Positions 10,558-16,525 of a DNA stretch of 64,000 bases are shown here, in pieces. This DNA comes from Spirochaetota bacterium. GTDB lineage: Bacteria > Spirochaetota > UBA6919 > CBDBPB01. The stretch lies in the NCBI GenBank assembly GCA_965208615.1, contig CBDBPB010000007.1:352001-416000 (forward strand), read 5' to 3'. Both the position numbers and the translations under genes were made by a program. Each line of letters opens with the position of its first letter. Position 1 is the stretch's first letter. Below the pieces are notes generated by a model, which made no database searches, was not told where the DNA came from, and saw only the letters and a program-made list of their open reading frames with translations.

Positions 10558-11259
10558 ATGAGGCTTAATTTAAGGATATTTGTGATTTTAGTTGGTATAG
10601 TTGGTACTATAGCTGGTGCTATAGGTGGTTCTATAATTGGGGGTGGTTTAGGTGATACTATGCCGAGCTTTATAATTTGTATAGCTAGTATAGTTGGTTT
10701 AGTAGTTGGCATTAAGCTTCGTTCTACAATTGGGACTAAAGCTAATTTTATATTTGGTATAATTGGCTTTATATTTGGTGGTATATTTGGTGGTATAGTT
10801 GCGTTTATAACTGAAGCTATAATTGGGAGTTCAGGTTGTCATAATATAGGTTGTGCCATACTTAGTATGGCTGTTATAGTTAGTTTAGTAGTTGGGGGTG
10901 GTATAGGTGGCCTTATAGTTAGCATAGCTAGTATAATTGGTTTTGTAGTTGGTAGTAAAACTCCTACTATAGGTGGTAGTACAGTTAGTTTTATATTTGG
11001 TATATTTTACGCTATAGTTGGTATAGTTCTAAGTGGTTTTATAGTTATTATAGTTATTATGACTGATCGTTCACTTGGTGATATAGCTGGTGCTGTATAT
11101 AGTAGTATAGATAGTGATGTAGAATTTCATACGTTCTTTTTTATGGTTGGTTCTATAACTGGTTTTATAGTTGGGGTTATAGTTGGTTTTATAGCTTGTA
11201 TAGTTGCTAGTATTTTAAAAAAGAAGATTGGATTAAGAGAGGAAAATATATGTCAATGA
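10558..11259 (+). CDS. Glycine-rich (GxxxG) multi-pass membrane protein with internal duplication
   Basis: SD GGGAGGT; nearly all hydrophobic or Gly. IASIVGLVVG...FIFGII recurs as IASIIGFVVG...FIFGIF about 81 aa later. Confidence 0.75.
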   Translation: MRLNLRIFVILVGIVGTIAGAIGGSIIGGGLGDTMPSFIICIASIVGLVVGIKLRSTIGTKANFIFGIIGFIFGGIFGGIVAFITEAIIGSSGCHNIGCAILSMAVIVSLVVGGGIGGLIVSIASIIGFVVGSKTPTIGGSTVSFIFGIFYAIVGIVLSGFIVIIVIMTDRSLGDIAGAVYSSIDSDVEFHTFFFMVGSITGFIVGVIVGFIACIVASILKKKIGLREENICQ

Positions 11260-11464
11260 TTTGTTAACAAGAGTTTCAGCAAATATAACAAAAAACGTTC
11301 TAACAGCCATTTTTTTATAGGTGTTAACTTAAGTTAATATCTGGTCAAATACCATATAACGTCAATATATAATAGGTTTAAGAATTTGTCTATTACTTTG
11401 TATAATAGTAAACTTTTGTCCCTATGTAATTCTTGCTCTCAGACATAGTTTCTTAACATCTTTC

Positions 11465-11510
11465 ATAGAGTTCCTTAAGTCATATAGCCATATCACTTAA
11501 GGAACTCTAT
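11465..11510. repeat. Perfect 16-bp inverted repeat (hairpin)
   Basis: ATAGAGTTCCTTAAGT (11465-11480) and ACTTAAGGAACTCTAT (11495-11510). Confidence 0.9.
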
Positions 11511-11820
11511 AGGAACATAGTAAAATAAGGTGTTTGACACTAAGAATTACCTTTTCCGCAATATCTTATTTTTCTTGCTCCACAAGTAGATATAAAATAC
11601 ATCCATTTTAACATTATATATCAATTAATAAAGTATAAAACTTATTATTAACAAGCTCTTGTTTAACTAGTTAAACTATCATGGCTTTCTTTTTTTATGC
11701 TTAATAGAGCAATAAATAACATTGCCTAAGCTATCTAATTATTTGTTATTAGCAATTTGGGCATTTTTATTTAGTTTTAGTATATTTATATTCGCAATGA
11801 TTTAAGGTTTTATAGTTTAA

Positions 11821-11867
11821 TTGTGTATAGGGGAATATGGTATTTATAATATCCTTATTAGGAGGGC
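11821..11867 (+). promoter_or_regulatory. Cassette promoter TTGTGT-N18-TATAAT plus SD AGGAGG (repeated at 13036 and 14137)
   Basis: The same arrangement precedes each ATGAAAGAC start (11875, 13088, 14191). Confidence 0.6.
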
Positions 11868-11874
11868 TTTAGAT

Positions 11875-12345
11875 ATGAAAGACACGGTTATTGCTATTAC
11901 TATTGGTACTACTATTGTTGGTGCTATGGTTGGTGGTTCTGTTGGTGGTATTGTTGGTGTTATTGTTGGTGGTATTGTTGGTGTTATTGTTGGCGTTATT
12001 GTTGGTGTTATTGCTAAAAAGAAAGATGAAAGAGAAAGAGAGGAAAGAAAGAAGCCTAAGGTTTCTAATCATGAGCCTATGAATAGGAGGGCTTTAAACA
12101 TTAAAGACCAGGATAAGTTAGATATTGTTCATAGAGCTGTGATTTTTGCTATTATTCTTGGTGCTTTTGTTGGTCGTATTGGTGGTAGTACTGGTGTTTT
12201 TGATAATGGTATTTTTGGTGTTATTGTTGGTGTTATTGTTGGTGGTTTTGTTGGTGCTACTCTTGGCGCTATTGTTGGTGGTGCTATTTTTATTGTTTTA
12301 GAAAACAGAGAAAAAAGAAAAGAAAGAAAGAGAGAGCTATCTTAA
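11875..12345 (+). CDS. Glycine-zipper membrane protein, array unit 1 (fusion of two units; frameshifted from its C-terminal domain)
   Basis: Real start is ATG 11875 after AGGAGG. Two GxxxG tracts are each followed by an E/K/R linker. An internal relic SD/start lies at about 12085-12108. Confidence 0.8.
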   Translation: MKDTVIAITIGTTIVGAMVGGSVGGIVGVIVGGIVGVIVGVIVGVIAKKKDEREREERKKPKVSNHEPMNRRALNIKDQDKLDIVHRAVIFAIILGAFVGRIGGSTGVFDNGIFGVIVGVIVGGFVGATLGAIVGGAIFIVLENREKRKERKRELS

Positions 12346-12772
12346 TGATACTATTAACTCTCCTCATTATGTATATATAAAAAACATGCAAAAGCAGTTA
12401 GGCGATAATATTATTGATGAGGATGATCAAAATATGCTAATTAAGTTGTTATCATCAAAAGGTATTAATTTGACGAAGGCAGAGTTAACAAAGTTATTAG
12501 ATTATGAAAGGCAAAAGCAAGATTACATGAGTTTTAGGTCAAAGGTTTTGTATAATAACCCTAAAACTGATGATGAGTTTATATTGAATTATATAAATAT
12601 ATGTAACGATAGTAATTATAATAGGAGGTTTTTATTTAGGTTATTAAGTGAGGAGGGCTTTAGTATAGAGGAGAAGGAGGAGTTATGTGATAAGATAGCT
12701 AGAGATAAGGAGAGAATAAGGTTAGCTATGCTTGAGGAGAGGCTTAGCGGTTCTAGTGAGGAGTCTAAATAG
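12340..12772 (+). pseudogene. Out-of-frame C-terminal helical domain of array unit 1 (or separately translated from ATG 12386)
   Basis: YLNDTINSPHYVYIKNMQKQLGDNII... aligns with YLYDFINSPKYVYIKNMQKQLGDNII, which is in frame in unit 2. Confidence 0.75.
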
Positions 12773-12860
12773 CATAGAAACCTTTGTTAAGTTAGCTGAA
12801 ACCAGTAAGATAGAACTGTTAAACAGAGATGACTTAAAGGAGCTTATCCAAGGTTATTAG
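12756..12860 (+). CDS. Conserved mini-ORF copy 1 (GTG start, 34 aa)
   Basis: (M)RSLNSIETFVKLAETSKIELLNRDDLKELIQGY; overlaps the upstream stop codon. Confidence 0.35.
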   Translation: MRSLNSIETFVKLAETSKIELLNRDDLKELIQGY

Positions 12861-12873
12861 TTATCATACTATA

Positions 12874-12902
12874 ATTATATTTACTTTTATTTTACTAGTC
12901 AA
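12874..12902 (-). promoter_or_regulatory. Antisense-oriented sigma70 promoter (copy of the ald promoter)
   Basis: TTGACT-N17-TATAAT on the minus strand, identical to 10406-10434. Confidence 0.7.
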
Positions 12903-13087
12903 CCTTTGATTTACGTGGACTCTTTAATTATTAGTTATGGTTAGTTTAGCATAGTATTTTTATTTAGTTTGGGTTAATATTTGTTTTAGCTTTGGTATAT
13001 TTATATTCACAATAATTTAAGGCTTTATAGTTTAATTGTGTATAGGGGAATATGGTATTTATAATATTTATTAGGAGGGCTTTAAAC

Positions 13088-13873
13088 ATGAAAGACAAGG
13101 TTGATTTTAGTATTGGTAGTGCTATTCTTGGTGCTATTCTTGGTGCTATTCTTGGTGTTGCTATTGTTGTTAGTTCTATTGTTGGCTTAATTGTTGGTGC
13201 TAATGTTGGTGCTAATGTTGGTGCTATTCTTGGTGCTATTATTGGTGCTATTGGTGGTGTTGCTATTGTTGTTAGTGCTATTGTTGGCTTAATTGTTGGT
13301 GTTGGTATTGGTGGTGCTATTGATGGAGCTATTGGTGGTGCTATTGTTGGCTTAATTGTTGGTGTTGGTATTGGTGGTGCTATTGATGCAGAAAAAAAAG
13401 AAAGAGAAAAAGAAAGAGAAAAAGAAAGAAGAAAGAAATACCTTTATGATTTTATTAATTCTCCTAAGTATGTATATATAAAAAACATGCAAAAGCAGTT
13501 AGGCGATAATATTATTGGTGAGGATGATCAAAATGTGCTAATTGAGTTGTTATCATCTAAAGGTATCAAGTTGACGGAGAAAGAGTTAAAAAAGTTATTA
13601 GATTATGAAAAGCAAGAGCAGGATTATACGAGCTTTAGGTCAAGGGTCTTGTATAATAACCCTAAAACTGATGATGATTATATATTGAATTATATAACTA
13701 TGTGTAACGATAGTGATTATGATAGGAGGTTTTTATTTAGGTTATTAAATAGGGAGGGCTTTAGTATAAAGAAGAAGGAGGAGTTATGTGATAAGATAGC
13801 TAAAAATAAGGAGAGAATAAGGTTAGTTATGCTTGAGGAGAAGCTTAAGGGGTCTAGTCATGAGCCTAAATAG
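13088..13873 (+). CDS. Glycine-zipper membrane protein, array unit 2 (intact: TM zipper, charged linker, helical domain)
   Basis: ATG 13088 after AGGAGG; (GAIL/GAII/GLIV)n tract; EKKEREKEREKERRKK linker. Confidence 0.85.
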   Translation: MKDKVDFSIGSAILGAILGAILGVAIVVSSIVGLIVGANVGANVGAILGAIIGAIGGVAIVVSAIVGLIVGVGIGGAIDGAIGGAIVGLIVGVGIGGAIDAEKKEREKEREKERRKKYLYDFINSPKYVYIKNMQKQLGDNIIGEDDQNVLIELLSSKGIKLTEKELKKLLDYEKQEQDYTSFRSRVLYNNPKTDDDYILNYITMCNDSDYDRRFLFRLLNREGFSIKKKEELCDKIAKNKERIRLVMLEEKLKGSSHEPK

Positions 13874-13961
13874 CATAGAAACCTTTGTTAAGTTAGCTGA
13901 AACCAGTAAGATAGAACTGTTAAACAGAGATGACTTAAAGGAGCTTATCCAAGGTTATTAG
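13860..13961 (+). CDS. Conserved mini-ORF copy 2 (33 aa)
   Basis: MSLNSIETFVKLAETSKIELLNRDDLKELIQGY; AAGGGG upstream; overlaps the stop of unit 2. Confidence 0.4.
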   Translation: MSLNSIETFVKLAETSKIELLNRDDLKELIQGY

Positions 13962-13974
13962 TTATCATACTATA

Positions 13975-14003
13975 ATTATATTTACTTTTATTTTACTAGT
14001 CAA
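13975..14003 (-). promoter_or_regulatory. Antisense-oriented sigma70 promoter (copy of the ald promoter)
   Basis: TTGACT-N17-TATAAT on the minus strand. Confidence 0.7.
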
Positions 14004-14190
14004 CCTTTGATTTACGTGGACTCTTTAATTATTAGTTATGGTTAGTTTAGCATAGTATTTTTATTTAGTTTGGGTTAATATTTGTTTTAGCTTTGGTATA
14101 TTTATATTCACAATAATTTAAGGTTTTATAGTTTAATTGTGTATAGGGGAATATGGTATTTATAATATCCTTATTAGGAGGGCTTTAAAT

Positions 14191-14475
14191 ATGAAAGACA
14201 AGGTTGTTGGTACTGCTATTATTGTTGTTGGTGGTATTGCTGGCTTAACTGTTGGTACTGCTATTGTTTATAGTATTGTCGCTATGGTTAGTGATGCAGC
14301 TATTGTTGGTGCTATTGTTGGTTCTATTTCTGGTATTATTGGTACTGCTATTGTTGTTGCTATTGGTGGTACTATTATTGGTGCTGCTACAGGTGCTATT
14401 GGTGGTACTGTTAAAAAGAGAGAAAGAGCAAGAAAAAGAGAGAAGCTTAATGATTCTAGTCATGAGCCTAAATAG
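14191..14475 (+). CDS. Glycine-zipper membrane protein, array unit 3 (short form without helical domain)
   Basis: ATG 14191 after AGGAGG; zipper, then KKRERARKREKL, then the shared SSHEPK terminus. Confidence 0.8.
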   Translation: MKDKVVGTAIIVVGGIAGLTVGTAIVYSIVAMVSDAAIVGAIVGSISGIIGTAIVVAIGGTIIGAATGAIGGTVKKRERARKREKLNDSSHEPK

Positions 14476-14563
14476 CATAGAAACCTTTGTTAAGTTAGCT
14501 GAGGTTAGTAAGATAGAACTGTTAAACAGAGATGACTTAGAGCAGTTTATCCAAGGTTATTAA
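14462..14563 (+). CDS. Conserved mini-ORF copy 3 (33 aa)
   Basis: MSLNSIETFVKLAEVSKIELLNRDDLEQFIQGY; diverged, but frame and length are kept. Confidence 0.4.
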   Translation: MSLNSIETFVKLAEVSKIELLNRDDLEQFIQGY

Positions 14564-14619
14564 CTATTATGCTTGTTTTATTATATTTATGTATTATTTT
14601 TTAAATTAGTTGGTATATC

Positions 14620-15390
14620 ATGGCTGAACCAATAATTGAGCTTAGGAATATTAGCAAATCTTTTAATGAACATAATCTTTTGAAGGACGTAAATTTAAAG
14701 GTATATGAAAATGACTCCATAACTATTATAGGTCCTGGGGGCAGTGGAAAGACTGTATTATTAAAGATAATGGCATTAGTTATACAGCCTGATTCGGGTG
14801 AGATTTTGTATTATGGTAAGAATATTAGTCATATAAGTAAAAAGGCACTTCAAAGGATTCGTCTTAAAGCGGGTATGCTTTTTCAGAACTATGCTCTCTT
14901 TGACTCAATGACTGTTAGGGATAATATAGGCTTTTATTTGGATACTCATACAAATATCCACCATAGTAAGGTATCTAAAATTGTTACAGAAAATCTAAGG
15001 CGGGTTAGTTTAAGGGGTATTGAACATTTAAAGCCTGATGAACTATCCGGAGGTATGAAAAAGCGTGTTGGTATTGCAAGGGCAATAGCTCATAAGCCGG
15101 AAATAGTATTTTTGGATGAGCCTACTTCTGGTCTGGATCCTGTTACCACCGACTCTATTAGTAAGTTAATAAACAATTTGCATGACGAACTATATTTTAC
15201 TATGATAAACGTGACTAATGATATGGACTGTGCTAGTAAGCTTGGTAATAAGTTAGCAATGCTTTATGATGGTAAAATACACATAATGGGTGATAAAAAA
15301 AAGCTTTGGAAGCTAAGTGATACAGTGTTACAGCAGTTCATACAGGGAAAAAGAAAGGGACCTATTAAAATATACGAAAAGCAGTCTTAG
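14620..15390 (+). CDS. ABC transporter ATP-binding protein, MlaF/Mkl-like
   Basis: GPGGSGKT, FQNYALFDSMTV, LSGGMKKRVGIARA and DEPTSGLDP motifs. Confidence 0.9.
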   Translation: MAEPIIELRNISKSFNEHNLLKDVNLKVYENDSITIIGPGGSGKTVLLKIMALVIQPDSGEILYYGKNISHISKKALQRIRLKAGMLFQNYALFDSMTVRDNIGFYLDTHTNIHHSKVSKIVTENLRRVSLRGIEHLKPDELSGGMKKRVGIARAIAHKPEIVFLDEPTSGLDPVTTDSISKLINNLHDELYFTMINVTNDMDCASKLGNKLAMLYDGKIHIMGDKKKLWKLSDTVLQQFIQGKRKGPIKIYEKQS

Positions 15391-15392
15391 TC

Positions 15393-16160
15393 TTGGATAA
15401 CCTAAAAGTTGATTTGGATAAGCTCTATACCGAGTTTAGTACTCATAGTTTTATAGAGTCTGATCCTATAAAGTTTGTGCATAGGTATAGTTTTCCGTTG
15501 GATCAGGAAGTTGTTGGATTATTATCATCATGTTTGGCATTTGGCCGTAGGGATAAGATAAACTTATTTATTAAAAAGCTACTATCTTATTTGGGGGATA
15601 GTCCTTATAATACTGTAATGAACTTTGACAAGGGCGATCTTGATATTATTAAGCCATTGGTATATCGTTTTATAAAGGGTGAGGATATTATAAGGCTACT
15701 ACACGCTTTAAAGCTTGCTTTTAGGGAGTATAACAGTTTAGAGGGTTTATTTAATTTATATTTTAGGGATAACTCGATAAGGTCTGCTATTATAGGTTTT
15801 ACTAGGTTTTTTCATGGTGTTAATCATAATGGTTTATCTGATAGAGAAAGGAATTATAGATTTCTTTTACCTTCTCCGTTGTCTGGCAGTGCATGTAAGA
15901 GGATCAATTTGTTTTTGAGGTGGATGATCAGAAAAGACAAAGTAGATATTGGTTTATGGGATAGTATTGACAAAAGGCATCTTTTAATCCCTGTGGATAC
16001 TCATGTAGCAAGGGTTTCCAAGTTATTGGGCTTAACTAATCGTAAGAGTGCTGATTGGAAAATGGCTGAGGAGATAACAGATAAGTTAAGGGTTTTTGAT
16101 TTTGATGATCCTGTTAAATATGACTTTGCATTATTTGGATATGGTCTTAATGTTTTATAA
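15393..16160 (+). CDS. TIGR02757/DUF2400 family protein (HhH-GPD-like)
   Basis: SDPIKFVHRY, SACKRINLFLRWMIR, IPVDTHV and DPVKYDFALFG motifs. Confidence 0.9.
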   Translation: MDNLKVDLDKLYTEFSTHSFIESDPIKFVHRYSFPLDQEVVGLLSSCLAFGRRDKINLFIKKLLSYLGDSPYNTVMNFDKGDLDIIKPLVYRFIKGEDIIRLLHALKLAFREYNSLEGLFNLYFRDNSIRSAIIGFTRFFHGVNHNGLSDRERNYRFLLPSPLSGSACKRINLFLRWMIRKDKVDIGLWDSIDKRHLLIPVDTHVARVSKLLGLTNRKSADWKMAEEITDKLRVFDFDDPVKYDFALFGYGLNVL

Positions 16161-16217
16161 TGTTGCTTTCTAAGTGCTAACTTTACATTAAACTTTTAAA
16201 AAAGTATGTTTTAGGTA

Positions 16218-16275
16218 TTGACTATAAGTGTCAATTTAGTTAACATTATACTATGATAATGAGATTCGATCTCAA
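16218..16275 (+). promoter_or_regulatory. feoAB promoter (TTGACT-N17-TAACAT) with Fur-box-like palindrome
   Basis: GATAATGAGATTCGATCTCA (TGAGAT-tcg-ATCTCA, 16260-16274) and ATTGAC-N7-GTCAAT over the -35 element, upstream of iron uptake genes. Confidence 0.6.
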
Positions 16276-16301
16276 CGCTTTAATATATAAAGAGGATAAA
16301 T

Positions 16302-16520
16302 ATGAGTTTAGATCAGGTAAAAGTAGGTAGTTATTTAAACATTGATCAGATTAAGGATATTAATCTTAAGAGTTATTTAATTCGTTTTGGTATTGATAAT
16401 GGTACTAGAGTACAATGTTTTCAAAAAATAGCTAATGGACCAGTAGTTATTAAGTTTAATAGGCAGGAAATTGCTTTAGGTGATGCTCTAGCTAAGAGTA
16501 TTATGGTTAGTGTTAATTAG
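16302..16520 (+). CDS. feoA: Ferrous iron transport protein A
   Basis: 72-aa SH3-like protein (LIRFGI...GPVVI...EIALG) directly before feoB. Confidence 0.9.
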   Translation: MSLDQVKVGSYLNIDQIKDINLKSYLIRFGIDNGTRVQCFQKIANGPVVIKFNRQEIALGDALAKSIMVSVN

Positions 16521-16525
16521 GGTTA

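Larger units (their letters stand above)
11760..14563 (+). repeat. Tandem direct-repeat array of gene cassettes (units about 11760-12860, 12861-13961, 13962-14563)
   Basis: 12765-13100 is near-identical to 13866-14203 (period 1101 bp). Partial copies lie at 11760-11885 and 14466-14563. 12340-12770 is homologous to 13440-13873. Confidence 0.95.

Noticed and set aside
11875-14475. Diversity-generating retroelement (AAC/AAT-rich minus strand, variable repeats)
   Set aside because: There is no reverse transcriptase in the window. The copies differ by indels and at non-adenine positions, and there is no TR/VR pair.
11869-14478. Minus-strand Asn/Thr-rich ORFs (11869-12072, 14245-14478)
   Set aside because: They are automatic mirror frames of the NNT-codon tracts and have no clear SD.
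12765-14563. CRISPR array or integron cassette array
   Set aside because: The repeats are hundreds of bp long and contain promoters and ORFs. I found no cas genes, integrase or attC-like RYYYAAC/GTTRRRY pairs.
14535-15360. LEQFIQG (mini-ORF 3) resembling LQQFIQG at the MlaF C-terminus
   Set aside because: The match is short, uses different codons and has no flanking similarity, so it is probably coincidence.
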